Below are positions 13,163-24,942 of a DNA stretch of 64,000 nucleotides, piece after piece; position 1 is the stretch's first letter; the number at the start of each line of letters is the position of its first letter. A model generated the notes under the pieces. The model worked only from the letters and a program-made list of their open reading frames with translations, ran no database searches and was not told the DNA's origin. This stretch comes from Thiotrichales bacterium (GTDB lineage: Bacteria > Pseudomonadota > Gammaproteobacteria > UWMA-0217). The stretch spans positions 437 through 64,436 of the forward strand of contig JBHJOI010000080.1 of NCBI GenBank assembly GCA_050329935.1, given 5' to 3'. The position numbers and the translations under genes were made by a program.

Positions 13163-13549
13163 ATGCAACACCTCACGCCGCAACAGGCGTTCGACTATAT
13201 CCAAACGCACCCGGAAGCGGTGCTGATCGATTGCCGCTCGGAGATGGAATACCTGTTCGTCGGCCACCCGAAAGACGCGATTCTGATCCCATGGCAGGAT
13301 GGTCCCGATTTTGATATCAACCCGGATTTCCTCGGCCATGTGCGCAAGGCCGCCAGCATGAACCGTCCGATCGTGCTGATCTGCCGATCCGGCAACCGCT
13401 CCCGCGTGGCCGGGGCCTATCTGGAAAAATACGGCTTTCCCGAGGTGTACAATGTGCTGCACGGGTTCGAGGGCGATCTCGACGAACACCGCCATCGCGG
13501 CGGGCGTAATGGCTGGAAATTCGACCGCTTACCCTGGGAGCAGACCTGA
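13163..13549 (+). CDS. Rhodanese-like sulfurtransferase
   Basis: LIDCRSEME, GHP, active-site loop ICRSGNRS and YNVLHGFEG. Confidence 0.88.
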   Translation: MQHLTPQQAFDYIQTHPEAVLIDCRSEMEYLFVGHPKDAILIPWQDGPDFDINPDFLGHVRKAASMNRPIVLICRSGNRSRVAGAYLEKYGFPEVYNVLHGFEGDLDEHRHRGGRNGWKFDRLPWEQT

Positions 13550-13573
13550 GGTTATTGCTGTCACACCGTTGAT

Positions 13574-15814
13574 TCAGGCGTGCGCCGCGACACTCAGCCG
13601 CGGTTCGGGTTCGACGGTCACCAGTTCAGGGTGACCGATGAAGTGACCCTGCATGTAGTCGACGCCAATCTCGCGCAACCGCGCCGCGACCTCGGCCGAT
13701 TCCACATATTCGGCGATGGTCTTGATCTTGAGCACGTGCGCTAGTTCCTGAATCGTGCGCAACAAACCGAAATCCACCGGATCGGTGTTGATGCCCATGA
13801 CGAACATGCCGTCCAGCTTAAGAAAGTCGACCGGCAGACTCTTGAGGTAGGCCAGTGATGAAAAGCCCGTGCCAAAATCATCCAGCGCGAAGCGCACGCC
13901 GATGCGGCGCAGCGACTGAATGAACTCGATCGCGTTGCCGATATTCTCGATCGCGGTCGACTCCGTCACTTCAAAACACAGACGTGCCGCGACTTCGGTG
14001 TTTTGTTCGAGGCGATGACTGACGTATCGCCGAAAATCCGCATCCCCCAGCGAATGACTGGTGAGATTGATCGAGTAAAACTCCTCGGTCCAGCCACCGA
14101 GACGCGCGCGATTCGCGAGCCAGTCGACCACCTTGTCGAGCACCCAACGGTCCAGCACCTGCGCCAACCGATAACGCTCGAGCACCGGCAGGAATTCCTT
14201 GGGTGAAATCAGCCGCTCACCGTCGTCCAGGCGCACCAACACCTCATAGGCACAGGCGCTCGAGGCCGTGCCACGGCTACGTTTGATCGGTTGTCGAAAC
14301 AGTTGCAGCTTATCGTTCTGCACCGCGTGGTGAAATCGCTCCAGCCAGTAGGCGTCGCCGCTGAGTTCGCCATCTCCGCCGTTGCCGCCGCCATAGATCT
14401 GGATCTGGTTCTTGCCCGCTCGTTTGGCCGCATAACAGGCCTGATCGGCAAAGTCCATCAACTCGCGGCCGGTCAGGGCGGACTGAGAAACCTCCACCAG
14501 GCCGAAGCTGACACCTATCTCGAAGGTTCTACCCTCCCAAATGAACTGGAACGTCTTGACCGAGTGATGCAGGTCCTGAATCAGACGACGTGCCTGATCG
14601 ATGCTGCAATGCTTCAGCAACGCCGCGAATTCGTCGCCGCCGACCCGCGCCAGCATGTCGTTGGCCCGCACCTTGCGCCGAAACAACTGCGCCAATTGAA
14701 TCAACAGCTCGTCGCCAGCCCGGTGCCCGAAGGTGTCGTTGACCACCTTGAAGTAATCGAGGTCCATCATGCATAGCACGTGGTACTCGGCATCGCGCAA
14801 GTCCTTGATCGAGGCCTCGAGCAGACCTTCAAAGGCGCGCCGATTGAACAGCCCGGTCAGGACGTCGTGGTGCGCCTCGTACTGAAGCTGTTCCGAGCGC
14901 AATTGAATCTCGGTGATATCGGCCAGACTGCCGCGATGACCAAGCAGTCGACCCTCCATCGAGTAAAACGGCTGCGCGACCAGACGCACGATCCGTTCCT
15001 CGCCGACGTTGAGACGCAACGTCAATTCCAGCGGATCATCCGTCTCCAGCGCCCGGATCAATACCTGCAATTCCTCCGCCGCCACCTGAGCTTCTAGAAA
15101 TTGCGGCAGGGTTTGTACCGCGTTGAGTTCGCGCGGCAGACGCAGGGGATTGTTCGGTGCCGCGGCGACGAACCGCAAGCGCTGCTTGGCATCGGTTTCC
15201 CAAAAGAAATCCGCCGCCCCCTGCGCGAAATCGCGGTACCGACTCAAGGCGCGGCGAAACGTGTCGCGCTCCTTGTGCAACTGGCGCACCTGCTCCAGTA
15301 GCTTGCGCCGAATCAGCTCCTCCTGGGTGTCGTCACCGAGTTCCTCGAGCAGGGTATAGCCCTCGGCCTCGATCAGGTGTTGCGCGCATTTCTCTGCGTG
15401 CACTTCCTTGATGGCGGCGATGATCTCGTTGAACGGGCTATTGCGCGGCAACAACAGATCCGCCGCGACTTGCTCGGAGCGCTGCCGGTCTACGCTGGCG
15501 ATGTAGCCGGCCTTGTACAGGATGATCGAGGTCGCGCTCAGCCCCGCATGTGCACGCAACTCGGCACACAGCGCAAAACCATCGCTATCGCGCAACTGCA
15601 GGTTGGCGAGCACGATGTCGGGGGTTTCGCGGTGAACGAATTCCAAGGCCTCGCGCGCGGTCGCGCGGGCCTGGACGCGGGCGAACTCGCGCTCGAACTG
15701 GGCGGTCCAGTACTGGCGCAAATCGGCGTCGTCGTCAACCAGGAGAATCGAGAGTTCGTCACCGCGCTGCATGTTACTCGTCCCACAACATTTGGACGCT
15801 ATTAGCGCCGGCAT
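13574..15814 (-). CDS. REC-PAS-GGDEF-EAL c-di-GMP signalling protein
   Basis: ILLVDDD receiver, FWETD PAS, HDVLTGLFNRR...RVGGDEF, YEVLVR, DDFGTGFSSLAYL and AEYVE. Confidence 0.9.
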   Translation of the reverse strand: MPALIASKCCGTSNMQRGDELSILLVDDDADLRQYWTAQFEREFARVQARATAREALEFVHRETPDIVLANLQLRDSDGFALCAELRAHAGLSATSIILYKAGYIASVDRQRSEQVAADLLLPRNSPFNEIIAAIKEVHAEKCAQHLIEAEGYTLLEELGDDTQEELIRRKLLEQVRQLHKERDTFRRALSRYRDFAQGAADFFWETDAKQRLRFVAAAPNNPLRLPRELNAVQTLPQFLEAQVAAEELQVLIRALETDDPLELTLRLNVGEERIVRLVAQPFYSMEGRLLGHRGSLADITEIQLRSEQLQYEAHHDVLTGLFNRRAFEGLLEASIKDLRDAEYHVLCMMDLDYFKVVNDTFGHRAGDELLIQLAQLFRRKVRANDMLARVGGDEFAALLKHCSIDQARRLIQDLHHSVKTFQFIWEGRTFEIGVSFGLVEVSQSALTGRELMDFADQACYAAKRAGKNQIQIYGGGNGGDGELSGDAYWLERFHHAVQNDKLQLFRQPIKRSRGTASSACAYEVLVRLDDGERLISPKEFLPVLERYRLAQVLDRWVLDKVVDWLANRARLGGWTEEFYSINLTSHSLGDADFRRYVSHRLEQNTEVAARLCFEVTESTAIENIGNAIEFIQSLRRIGVRFALDDFGTGFSSLAYLKSLPVDFLKLDGMFVMGINTDPVDFGLLRTIQELAHVLKIKTIAEYVESAEVAARLREIGVDYMQGHFIGHPELVTVEPEPRLSVAAHA

Positions 15815-15922
15815 CCCTGTTGCCCACCGCTAGCGTCTCTAGCCGGTCACCGACGCGTCCCTCGCATTGCCGGATTGAATCAAAAGCATGGGCCATAGCG
15901 ATCGCCCCGGGCGTGAACCTGC

Positions 15923-17113
15923 TCACGTTTCGAGCCATCGGCGTATTCTGGAAACGCCCTGCTCGAGGCGATCGAAATCCGTGGTGTAGGCCAATCGCAG
16001 ATAGCGCTCGGATTCGTGAGTGCCAAAGTCGCGACCGGGGGTCGAGGCGACTCCGACCTCGTGCAGCAGGCGTGCGCCAAGGGTATCGCTGTCGAGGCCC
16101 GTCGAGGATACATCCGCATAGAGATAAAACGCGCCTTCAGGCCAGTACGGCAAGCCGAAGCCAAGCTCGCGCAACGCGGCGCCAAGAAAATCGCGGCGCG
16201 CTTCGAAAAGCGCGCGGCGCTGCTCCAGAATCGCGCGCGTGCCGGGGGCGAATGCCGCCAACGCCGCGTGCTGCGCCGGCGTCGATGCGGCGAGAAACAG
16301 GTTTTGCGCCAACTTGTCGAGATCTGGTATCGCTGCCTCGGGCGCCACCAGCCAACCGAGCCGCCAGCCGGTCATGCCAAAGTACTTCGAGAAGCTATTG
16401 ACGACGAAAACGTCCTCGCCCAGCGCCAGCGCGGTGTGATCGACGGCTTGATAGGTCAGCCCCTGATAAATTTCATCGACCACCAGATGACCGCCGCGCG
16501 ATCGGACCACCGCGTGTAGCGCGGTCAGATCGCTGCGGGTCAACACACCGCCGGTAGGGTTCGCCGGCGTCGTGACCAAGACCGCGCGGGTTTGCCCCGA
16601 TTTCCAGTTCGCGTCGACTTGCGCCGCCGAGAGCTGAAAGCCGGATTCCGGTCCGACCGCGAGCCCCGTTGGCCTGCCGTTCTGCAGCGCGATGAGATTG
16701 CGATTGCAGGGATATCCCGGATCCGCCAACAACCACTCGTCCCCGGGATCAGTCAGTAACGCGCTCAGAAGCTGCAGGGCACCGGACGCGCCCGGCGTGA
16801 CCAGGATGCGTCGCGGCGAAATCGTGAGGCCATAGCGTTCTTGATAGTAGGCAGCGATCGCCTCCCGTAGCGCCGGCAGACCCAGCGCCGGCGTGTAATG
16901 CGTCAAACCCGCCTGCAAGGCGCGTATGCCGGCATCCAGTATCGGTTGCGGACACGGGAAGTCGGGCTCGCCCACCTCCATGTGCACGATATCGCGTCCC
17001 GCCGCCTCCAGAGCGCGCGCCTCGGCCAGCAATCGCATGACGTGAAACGGCTGAATCCGATCGAGCTTGGTCGCGTAAGTTGGTGACTCGGTCGAATCGC
17101 ACACGGCCATCAA
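15923..17113 (-). CDS. PLP-dependent aminotransferase class I/II
   Basis: [29 protein letters not shown] and [15 protein letters not shown]. Confidence 0.9.
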   Translation of the reverse strand: MMAVCDSTESPTYATKLDRIQPFHVMRLLAEARALEAAGRDIVHMEVGEPDFPCPQPILDAGIRALQAGLTHYTPALGLPALREAIAAYYQERYGLTISPRRILVTPGASGALQLLSALLTDPGDEWLLADPGYPCNRNLIALQNGRPTGLAVGPESGFQLSAAQVDANWKSGQTRAVLVTTPANPTGGVLTRSDLTALHAVVRSRGGHLVVDEIYQGLTYQAVDHTALALGEDVFVVNSFSKYFGMTGWRLGWLVAPEAAIPDLDKLAQNLFLAASTPAQHAALAAFAPGTRAILEQRRALFEARRDFLGAALRELGFGLPYWPEGAFYLYADVSSTGLDSDTLGARLLHEVGVASTPGRDFGTHESERYLRLAYTTDFDRLEQGVSRIRRWLET

Positions 17114-18504
17114 CGCTGCCGCACGTGATTGCGCAGGCGCGCGCGTTTCCGCTGCTGGGTGGGGGTCAAGGTATTGCGTCGCCCAGCGAACGGGTTCTCG
17201 CCCGTCTTGAACTCCAGCCGCAGTGGCGTGCCGACTAACTTCAGCGCTGCACGAAAGCTGTTGCCGAGGTAGCGCTTGTAGGCATCCGGGAGCCGCTCGG
17301 TTTGATTGCCGTGAATGACGATCAGCGGTGGCAATCGTCCGCCCTGGTGCGCATAGCGTAGTTTGATGCGGCGTCCGCCGACGAGTGGCGGTTGATGCGT
17401 GCCGACCGCGCGCTCAAGCAGCTGGGTCGCGAAGGTCGTCGAAATCTTGAGCGTCGCGGATTGATGAGCGCACCGCACCGCGCCAAACAGCAAACCAACA
17501 CCCGAGCCGTGAAGCGCGGAGATCAGAAACCGCTCGGCAAAATCGATGAACGGAAGCTTCAGGTCGTATTCGCGCAGCGCCCGTTCGCGGTCTTCGGGTT
17601 GCATGCCGTCCCATTTGTTCAGCGCCACCACGATGGCGCGACCGGTTTCGAGCGTCAAGCCGATCAGATGCGCGTCCTGATCGGTCACGCCCTCGCGCGC
17701 ATCGAGCACGTGCACCACGACGTGCGCCTGTTCGATCGCCGCGAGTGTCTTGACCACGCTGAATTTTTCCACCACCTCGTCGACGCGCGAGCGGCGTCTC
17801 ACGCCTGCGGTGTCGACCAGTACGTAGTGTTGTTCATCGCGTTCGAACGGCACGGCGATGCTATCGCGCGTGGTCCCGGGGAGATCGCTCACGACCACGC
17901 GCTCCTCACCGAGCAGACGATTGACCAAGGTCGATTTACCAACATTGGGCCGCCCCACGAACGCAATCCGGATCGCGCCGTCGGGATTGTCGCTGTCGTC
18001 GAGGCGATCCAGGTCAGTCTCGACGCCCTCCAGCACGCGTGCCATCAGCGCGACGAGTCCTCGCCCATGCGAGGCGGCGATCGGTATCGGGTCGGCGAAC
18101 CCGAGCGCATAGAATTCAGTCAGCGCCTGGTTGGGGTCAATGCCATCGGTCTTGTTGATCGCGAGAAACACCGGTTTGCCGGCCTCGCGCAGGGTTTGCG
18201 CGATCGCGTGATCGCCGGGTGCCAGGCCATCGCGCCCGTCGAGCAACCAGATGATGCGATCGGCTTCGGCGATCCCCTGCTCAGTTTGCCGCACGATCTG
18301 GCGATCGAGACCCTGCGCCGACTCGATCAATCCGCCGGTATCGATCAGCAGATAATCGCCACCGAGACGACCAATACCGTACTGGCGATCCCGCGTCAGC
18401 CCAGAAAAATCGGCAACCAGTGCGTCACGGGTCCGTGTGAGCTGGTTGAATAGCGTTGACTTGCCAACGTTCGGACGCCCGACAAGGGCGACTACCGTGC
18501 GCAT
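17110..18504 (-). CDS. der: Ribosome biogenesis GTPase Der
   Basis: Two [10 protein letters not shown]-domains, DTGG/DTAG, NKTD/NKWD and the [11 protein letters not shown]-like domain. Confidence 0.96.
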   Translation of the reverse strand: MRTVVALVGRPNVGKSTLFNQLTRTRDALVADFSGLTRDRQYGIGRLGGDYLLIDTGGLIESAQGLDRQIVRQTEQGIAEADRIIWLLDGRDGLAPGDHAIAQTLREAGKPVFLAINKTDGIDPNQALTEFYALGFADPIPIAASHGRGLVALMARVLEGVETDLDRLDDSDNPDGAIRIAFVGRPNVGKSTLVNRLLGEERVVVSDLPGTTRDSIAVPFERDEQHYVLVDTAGVRRRSRVDEVVEKFSVVKTLAAIEQAHVVVHVLDAREGVTDQDAHLIGLTLETGRAIVVALNKWDGMQPEDRERALREYDLKLPFIDFAERFLISALHGSGVGLLFGAVRCAHQSATLKISTTFATQLLERAVGTHQPPLVGGRRIKLRYAHQGGRLPPLIVIHGNQTERLPDAYKRYLGNSFRAALKLVGTPLRLEFKTGENPFAGRRNTLTPTQQRKRARLRNHVRQR

Positions 18505-18525
18505 CGCACCACTACGCTTGCCATA

Positions 18526-19671
18526 TCAGCGGGTAACGCCTGTTTGCCACAACGACAGTTCCCCACTGCGACCCAGTACCATCAGCCGTCCATCAACCTG
18601 CACGGGATCAGCCAGTACGCCATCCTTGTCGGCACGCACCCGCGCCGTAATACGGCCACTGTTACGGTCCAGCCAATGGAGATAGCCTTCATAATCGGCG
18701 ACCACGACCGCGTCGCCTAACACCGCCGGCACGGTCGCACGCCGAAACTTGAGTGCGTCCTGCTTCCACAGCGACGCGCCATTGCGGCGATCAAGCGCCC
18801 AGACGACACTGTTCGCATCGGTGTAGTAGACGCGCTCGCGATCGACCGCAAGCCCGTAAACACTTGAGGCATCCTGCGCCCAGGCGAGCTGCCCACTGAC
18901 CGCGTTCACGGCGGCGATCCGTCCCTGGTAGGTCACCGCATAGACTGTTTCACCATCGAGCACGATGCGGCCATCGATATCGACCATCCGCTCTAGTTCA
19001 CTGCGGCCTTGGGCGACGGCAACACTGCGATCCCACACCATCGATCCATCCGCGAGGGAGACCATCGCCAACCGGCCGTCGTCGAGCCCCACGAACACCA
19101 CGCCACGGTCCACCACCGGCACGCTTTGCGTGTGGAGACTCAAGGCCGGCACCTGTCGATTGAATTTCCAGTTGATCTCGCCGTTGCGTGCGTTGAGCGC
19201 CGTGACATAGCCATCGCCGCTGCGCACGACCAGCACACCGTCAACCGCGGGCGCGATCGCCGTGATCATGCCGGATAGCGCTCGCCGCCACAGCGGGCTG
19301 CCGTCGTTCGCCGCGAGCGCAATGACCTCGCCCTCGCTGGTGCCGAAAGCCACCATCCCGGGTCCGCCAGATACGCCCGCTGAGATCGTCTGTTTCGTAT
19401 CGATACGCCATGACGGCGCGCCGTTCGCGAGCTGATAGCCGCCGATGGCCCCGTCATGGCCGGCCACGAATACCTTCTGATCGAACACGAACGGCTGGAG
19501 CCTGAAATAGGCCTTGCCGGTGCCCGCGCCGGTGTCGCGCGACCAGACCGAACCAACGCCGAGCGTCGTCTCGATGTCACCCAGCGGCGTGGGTGGATCG
19601 GCGTTGTCGGTGCCCCCGGCGCAGGCGGACAACACCCCCGCCAACGCGATTGTGATCAGGAATGCCTTCAC
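18526..19671 (-). CDS. bamB: Outer membrane protein assembly factor BamB
   Basis: GTG start overlapping the yfgM stop, lipobox LSAC, PQQ-type propeller repeats and ELERMVDID. Confidence 0.92.
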   Translation of the reverse strand: MKAFLITIALAGVLSACAGGTDNADPPTPLGDIETTLGVGSVWSRDTGAGTGKAYFRLQPFVFDQKVFVAGHDGAIGGYQLANGAPSWRIDTKQTISAGVSGGPGMVAFGTSEGEVIALAANDGSPLWRRALSGMITAIAPAVDGVLVVRSGDGYVTALNARNGEINWKFNRQVPALSLHTQSVPVVDRGVVFVGLDDGRLAMVSLADGSMVWDRSVAVAQGRSELERMVDIDGRIVLDGETVYAVTYQGRIAAVNAVSGQLAWAQDASSVYGLAVDRERVYYTDANSVVWALDRRNGASLWKQDALKFRRATVPAVLGDAVVVADYEGYLHWLDRNSGRITARVRADKDGVLADPVQVDGRLMVLGRSGELSLWQTGVTR

Positions 19672-20306
19672 GATTCGCTCTCCCGCGCGCTGCCTAGATC
19701 CTCGCGCTTGAGTCGTAGGTATTCGACTGGCGCACCGGCCGTGAGCAGGGCGCGATCGTAGGCGGCGCGCGCTTCGTCGATCCGACCCAGCTTGCGAAGT
19801 GCGTCGCCTCGATACTCTTCGAGCAACGACGTGTAGCCGGACGGCCAGTCGCCCTGCAACAGGGTCAATGCTTCCTCGGCCTTGCCGTCGGCGGTCAACA
19901 CCTGCGCCAGACGCAACCGGGAGAGCTCGCGCAGTTCCAGCGTCTTGCCGTTGGTGCTGGCCCATCGCAGTTGTTCCGCCGCGGCGTCAAGCTGGCCTTG
20001 CTGCGTCAACGCCTTGGCCTGAAGTAGCGCACCAAGCGTGGCATAGGCTGAGCCCGCATACTCGGCACGCAGACTGGCGCCCAGGCTTGCGACTTGGTCA
20101 AAGGCGCGGTTCGATACCGCACGCTCCAATTGCTGGTACTGCCAGGACGCCGCTTGCGCGGTGCGCTCCTGGTAGGCCTTCCACTGGTTCCACCCGACCA
20201 AGAGCGCAATGCCCAATACGACGCCGGCGATCAGGAAGCGACCATTTTCCGCCCACCATTTGCGTATGACCTCGGCTTGTTCTTCGTCGGTGTTGTAAAC
20301 GTTCAT
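19668..20306 (-). CDS. yfgM: YfgM family TPR protein (ancillary SecYEG subunit)
   Basis: TDEEQAEVIRKWWAENG, TM helix, TPR helices; position between hisS and bamB. Confidence 0.9.
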   Translation of the reverse strand: MNVYNTDEEQAEVIRKWWAENGRFLIAGVVLGIALLVGWNQWKAYQERTAQAASWQYQQLERAVSNRAFDQVASLGASLRAEYAGSAYATLGALLQAKALTQQGQLDAAAEQLRWASTNGKTLELRELSRLRLAQVLTADGKAEEALTLLQGDWPSGYTSLLEEYRGDALRKLGRIDEARAAYDRALLTAGAPVEYLRLKREDLGSARESES

Positions 20307-20323
20307 TCTCTAATCGATCTCCG

Positions 20324-21604
20324 TCAGCTTGCCGCCACAAGGTCGGCCAAACGATTGCAGATTTGTAATAAATCCAGGTTCTCCTGGGTCGCCGCGGCAT
20401 CGCGCAACGGCTTGAGTCCGATCACGCCGGAACGCATCTCGTCCTCACCGAGCACCAACGCGACCTGTGCGCCGCTACGGTCCGCGCGCTTCATCTGCGA
20501 TTTGACACTGCCGCCATCGGCGTTCATCAATATCCGTAAGCCGGGGACCGCATCGCGTAGACGTTCGGCAAGGTCGACGCCTTCCTGCTCGGCTGCCTCA
20601 CCGGCGAGGAGCAGATAGGCATGCAGTGGCTCGACCATAGGCCTGGTGCCTTGCGCCTCCAGCAGTTCCAGCAGGCGCTCGATACCCATGGCGAATCCCG
20701 CCGCCGGTGTCGGCTTGCCGCCGAGTTGCTCCACCAGGCCATCGTAACGGCCGCCGGCGCAAATCGTGCCCTGCGCCCCAAGGCTCGCCGTGACCCATTC
20801 AAAAACGGTCCGGTTGTAGTAGTCGAGGCCACGCACCAGACGGGGGTTGCGCGTGTAGGCAACGCCCAGGCGGTCGAGCATATCGCACAAGCGCGCGAAG
20901 TGCTGGACCGATTCCGGATCCAGATGATTCTGCAGCAACGGCGCGCCCGCGACGATCTCGGCCAGCGCCGGGTTCTTGCTATCCAGGATCCGCAACGGGT
21001 TGGTATCGAGGCGGCGACGACTGTCTTCGTCGAGGTGTTCACGGTATGCCGAGAAGTACTCAACCAAGTGCGACCGGTAGCCTGCACGTGCCTCCGCGCT
21101 GCCTAGTGAATTGAGCTCGAGGCGGACATCCTTGATGCCCAGTCGACGCCACAGACGCGCCGTCATCGCGATCAGTTCGGCTTCGAGCTCAGGTCCGCCG
21201 ATACCGAACGCTTCGACGCCGATCTGGTGAAACTGGCGGTAGCGCCCCTTCTGCGGACGCTCGTGGCGAAACATCGCGCCTTGATACCAGAGACGCTGCT
21301 GCTGGTTGTGCAGCAAGCCGTGCTGCACGCAGGCGCGCACGCAGCTCGCCGTACCTTCGGGACGCAATGACAGGCTGTCGCCATTGCGGTCGACGAAGGT
21401 GTACATTTCCTTCTCGACGATATCGGTTACCTCACCAATCGATCGCTTGAACAGCTCGGTGCGTTCGACAACAGGCATCCGAATCTCAAGATAGCCATAA
21501 CTCGCCAGGACCTGTCGCGCGGCGCGCTCGAACCACTGCCAAACCGGCGTGAATTCCGGCAAGGTGTCGTGCATGCCACGTATCGATTGCAGCAAATGCG
21601 CCAT
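20324..21604 (-). CDS. hisS: Histidine--tRNA ligase
   Basis: [32 protein letters not shown] and AGGRYD. Confidence 0.98.
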   Translation of the reverse strand: MAHLLQSIRGMHDTLPEFTPVWQWFERAARQVLASYGYLEIRMPVVERTELFKRSIGEVTDIVEKEMYTFVDRNGDSLSLRPEGTASCVRACVQHGLLHNQQQRLWYQGAMFRHERPQKGRYRQFHQIGVEAFGIGGPELEAELIAMTARLWRRLGIKDVRLELNSLGSAEARAGYRSHLVEYFSAYREHLDEDSRRRLDTNPLRILDSKNPALAEIVAGAPLLQNHLDPESVQHFARLCDMLDRLGVAYTRNPRLVRGLDYYNRTVFEWVTASLGAQGTICAGGRYDGLVEQLGGKPTPAAGFAMGIERLLELLEAQGTRPMVEPLHAYLLLAGEAAEQEGVDLAERLRDAVPGLRILMNADGGSVKSQMKRADRSGAQVALVLGEDEMRSGVIGLKPLRDAAATQENLDLLQICNRLADLVAAS

Positions 21605-21613
21605 CCCTGCCTC

Positions 21614-22660
21614 CTACTCGCTGACCAACGCGAACCGCGCGGTCAGGCTTGACTTGGTGTAAGGTTCGATGTCGAACGGTTTGCCGTTGAACTCAAGTCG
21701 CGCGCCGGGCGCGAAACCAAGAAACACCTGGAACGGCGCATTGCCCTTGACGGTCTTGACGTCGCCGGTCTTGTACAAGCCGTAGAGCAGTTTGTTGCGC
21801 GACGAATCATACAGCTCGACCCAGCAGTCCTCGACCATTTTGAACTGGACAACGTCGTCGCCTTCGCCAACGGTTTGCAATACGTTGAGCGTCTCCTCGG
21901 GCGTTTCATCGACGACCGTCGTCACCGGCAACGCGCTCGATGCCGCTTCGCTGGGCGTCGGAATCGCGGCGACTGCCGCCGGCGGAACGTCGGCAACGCG
22001 CGCCTCCAATGGGACATTGTCACTTGGCAGACGCCCGATCTCCGCGTCAGGCGCGGGTTCGCGCGCCGACACCGGTGCGGCGAGAGGATTGCCGTCGTTC
22101 GCCGGTTCGTTCGCAGCGCCGACGCCTGCCGCCATTTCAACCGTCGTGACCGCGCGCGCGATCGGCGGCGGACTGACCGGAGTTTGCGGGATAACGGCCT
22201 CGGCAACGCCCGGGTAGTCGGGCACCTCACCGCGATCAACCAAGCGGTTGAGGTAACCGCTGTTCAACAGCCAGACAACAAACAATCCCGCCAGCAAAGC
22301 CACCACGACAATCGTGCCGACGCCCAGCAACCATTTGTTCGGACGGCGATCCTCCAACGGTGCGTGGGTGGTCCAGGTGGGTTCCTTGGTATCGACGCGC
22401 GAGAACTCCGTCAACAACGGTTGCGCGTCGATGCCGACGATCTTGCAGTAACTGCGGAGGTAGCCCTTGACGAACGCGGCGCTCGGAAAGAACTCGAAGT
22501 CATCCTGCTCGAGCGCGTTGATCTGTTTGACGTGCATGTGCAATTCGCTGGCAATGTCCTCCACTGACCGTCCCGCGGCCACGCGCGCCGCGCGTAACGT
22601 CGCGCCAATCCCCTGCGCCGACGCGGCGGATGTCTGTAAATCCGGATTCTGATACGTCAT
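21614..22660 (-). CDS. rodZ: Cytoskeleton protein RodZ
   Basis: HTH region IGATLRAAR...FVKGYLRSYCK, TM helix, Pro-rich linker and C-terminal DCWVE...GNAPF. ATG 22660 overlaps the pilW stop. Confidence 0.88.
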   Translation of the reverse strand: MTYQNPDLQTSAASAQGIGATLRAARVAAGRSVEDIASELHMHVKQINALEQDDFEFFPSAAFVKGYLRSYCKIVGIDAQPLLTEFSRVDTKEPTWTTHAPLEDRRPNKWLLGVGTIVVVALLAGLFVVWLLNSGYLNRLVDRGEVPDYPGVAEAVIPQTPVSPPPIARAVTTVEMAAGVGAANEPANDGNPLAAPVSAREPAPDAEIGRLPSDNVPLEARVADVPPAAVAAIPTPSEAASSALPVTTVVDETPEETLNVLQTVGEGDDVVQFKMVEDCWVELYDSSRNKLLYGLYKTGDVKTVKGNAPFQVFLGFAPGARLEFNGKPFDIEPYTKSSLTARFALVSE

Positions 22661-23406
22661 CTGTAAAGCGAGCTGGCTTCTTCGGAGGTGGGAAATTCGC
22701 GCTTGAGTCGATCCTCGCAACGATGCGCTTCATCGAGGTTGCCGAGGCGCCGTTCTGTGACCGCACATAGCCACAATACCCTCGGATCGACCTCATTCAT
22801 CGCCTGTTCGAGTCGCTGCCGATACGCTCGGGCCGGAAGATACCGCTGCTCGTTATACGAGAGCAAGGCCATGTGATAAAGCGCCATCGCGTAAATCGGA
22901 TTCTTTTCAAGTGCGCTTCTGAAGTACGCATCCGCCTGCGCCGGATATCCATTTTGCGCCGCGCAGATTCCGGCATTGGTGTAGGCGTACTCGGGCGTTG
23001 GATAGAGCGGGTTGCGCACCGCCCGGTCGAAGGCATCAAGCGCTTCGGTCACGTTGGACTGCCTGCAAAGGAATACGCCGAAGAAATTGAGCGCCTCGGA
23101 ATCCGTCGGATTGAGCCGGACAGCCTCGCGATAATGTGCCTCCGCCTTGGCGTTGTCACCGAGGCGCTCCTCGAGCAGCGCGTTCGCCCACCGCACCTGG
23201 GACGAAAGCGGATCCTCGGTCAACGCGCGATCGAGCTTGGACTTCGCAAGATTCAAGTTACCATTTTGCAGGTAGTCGAGTCCGAGCTTGGTGTTGATCT
23301 CCGCGACCTGCGCATTGCGCGTGGACGTGACCGGGTCGAGCATCGCACACCCCGTTCCCGCCGCCAGCACGATAAGCGCGATCGACCCTATCGCAAAACG
23401 CTTCAC
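22657..23406 (-). CDS. pilW: Type IV pilus biogenesis/stability lipoprotein PilW (PilF)
   Basis: GTG start overlapping the rlmN stop, lipobox GTGC, TPR repeats with NFFGVFLC and NAGIC. Confidence 0.9.
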   Translation of the reverse strand: MKRFAIGSIALIVLAAGTGCAMLDPVTSTRNAQVAEINTKLGLDYLQNGNLNLAKSKLDRALTEDPLSSQVRWANALLEERLGDNAKAEAHYREAVRLNPTDSEALNFFGVFLCRQSNVTEALDAFDRAVRNPLYPTPEYAYTNAGICAAQNGYPAQADAYFRSALEKNPIYAMALYHMALLSYNEQRYLPARAYRQRLEQAMNEVDPRVLWLCAVTERRLGNLDEAHRCEDRLKREFPTSEEASSLYR

Positions 23407-24506
23407 ACGCTTTGCTCCAGCCGCGTGAAATGCAGCACGCGACGGCTGCGATCCTGAAACCGACCCGCGAGTTGGCCGCACGCCGCGTCGATATCGTCGC
23501 CGCGCGTCTTGCGAGTGATTGTGTTCATGCCATGGCGCATCAGTATGTCCCGAAAACGATTGATGGTATCGAGATCCGAACGCTCGTAACGCGCAGCCGG
23601 AAATGGGTTGAACGGAATGAGGTTGAGTTTCGATGGCATGCCCTGCAGCAGCCGGACGAGTTGTCGCGCGTGCTCCGGCTGATCGTTTACGCCCTTTAAC
23701 ATGACGTACTCGAACGTCACCCGATCGCGTTGCGCCTTTTTCGCGAGAAAGCGACGACACGCGGCAAGTAGCTCCGACAACGGGTACTTGCGATTCAAGG
23801 GCACCAGCTGGTCGCGCAAGGCATCATTTGGCGCGTGGAGCGACACTGCCAGGGCGACATCGATCTCGTCGCCAAGCCGATCAAGTGCCGGCACCACACC
23901 CGAGGTGCTGAGTGTCACCCGCCGTTTGCTGAGCCCATAACCATTGTCATCCAGCAAAATGCGCATCGAATCGACCACTTGGGTGAAGTTGAGCAGCGGC
24001 TCGCCCATCCCCATGAACACGATGTTGGTAATGGCGCGCTCACGGTCTACCCTGTGCGCGAGGGTGCGCTTTGCGATCCAGACTTGCCCGAGAATCTCGG
24101 ACAGACTCAGGTTGCGGTTGAAGCCCTGCCGCGCCGTGGCACAAAACGTGCAATCGAGCGCACAGCCCACCTGAGAGGAGACACACAAGGTGCCACGCGT
24201 ATCCTCGGGGATGTAGACGGTCTCGATACACTGTCCGTCGCCGAGTCGCAACAACCATTTATACGTGCCATCGCTCGACGGTTGCTCCGACACGATCTCG
24301 GGCGCGCGCACCACGGCGGTTTGCTCCAGCGTACCGCGCAGGCTCTTGCTGATATCCGTCATCCGCTGGAAATCATCCACGCCCTGTTGATGGATCCACT
24401 TGAACACCTGCTGGGCTCGGAATGGCTTTTCGCCAATATCGACGAAAAACTGACGTAATCCGGGAATACTCAGATCGAGTAGATTGGTCGGCGTGCCGCT
24501 ATTCAC
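23403..24506 (-). CDS. rlmN: Dual-specificity RNA methyltransferase RlmN
   Basis: [27 protein letters not shown] and DIDAACGQL; start taken at GTG 24506. Confidence 0.96.
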   Translation of the reverse strand: MNSGTPTNLLDLSIPGLRQFFVDIGEKPFRAQQVFKWIHQQGVDDFQRMTDISKSLRGTLEQTAVVRAPEIVSEQPSSDGTYKWLLRLGDGQCIETVYIPEDTRGTLCVSSQVGCALDCTFCATARQGFNRNLSLSEILGQVWIAKRTLAHRVDRERAITNIVFMGMGEPLLNFTQVVDSMRILLDDNGYGLSKRRVTLSTSGVVPALDRLGDEIDVALAVSLHAPNDALRDQLVPLNRKYPLSELLAACRRFLAKKAQRDRVTFEYVMLKGVNDQPEHARQLVRLLQGMPSKLNLIPFNPFPAARYERSDLDTINRFRDILMRHGMNTITRKTRGDDIDAACGQLAGRFQDRSRRVLHFTRLEQSV

Positions 24507-24510
24507 AGAC

Positions 24511-24942
24511 TTATCGGGTTCTCGGGCAGAGCTCGATCGCGCTGAAAAAATACGCGATCTCCGCCGCCGCGGTGTCGGGTCCATCGGAACCATGCACCGC
24601 GTTCTCGTCGATCGTGCGGGCGAAATCGGCACGAATCGTACCCGGCGCCGCCTTGGCGGGGTCGGTTGCGCCCATGACCTCGCGGTTGATCGCGATCGAG
24701 TTCTCTCCTTCGAGCACCTGGATCATGACTGGCCCCGAGGTCATGAACGCAACCAGATCCTGAAAGAATGGACGCTCACGATGCACCGCATAGAAGCCCT
24801 CCGCCTCGGCGCGAGAGAGGTGCTTCATCTTGGCCGCGACGACACGCAAGCCGACCGCTTCGAAGCGGCGGTAGATTTCGCCGATGACGTTCTTCGCCAC
24901 GGCATCGGGTTTGATGATGGAAATCGTGCGTTCCAGGGCCAT
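24511..24942 (-). CDS. ndk: Nucleoside diphosphate kinase
   Basis: [12 protein letters not shown] and NAVHGSD (catalytic His). Confidence 0.97.
   Translation of the reverse strand: MALERTISIIKPDAVAKNVIGEIYRRFEAVGLRVVAAKMKHLSRAEAEGFYAVHRERPFFQDLVAFMTSGPVMIQVLEGENSIAINREVMGATDPAKAAPGTIRADFARTIDENAVHGSDGPDTAAAEIAYFFSAIELCPRTR

Noticed and set aside
19672-19965. ORF-track N-terminal extensions of bamB (and likewise pilW, rlmN, rodZ, sdhD, ureG, iscR-like)
   Set aside because: They overlap upstream genes or promoters; internal starts give normal family lengths and signal peptides.
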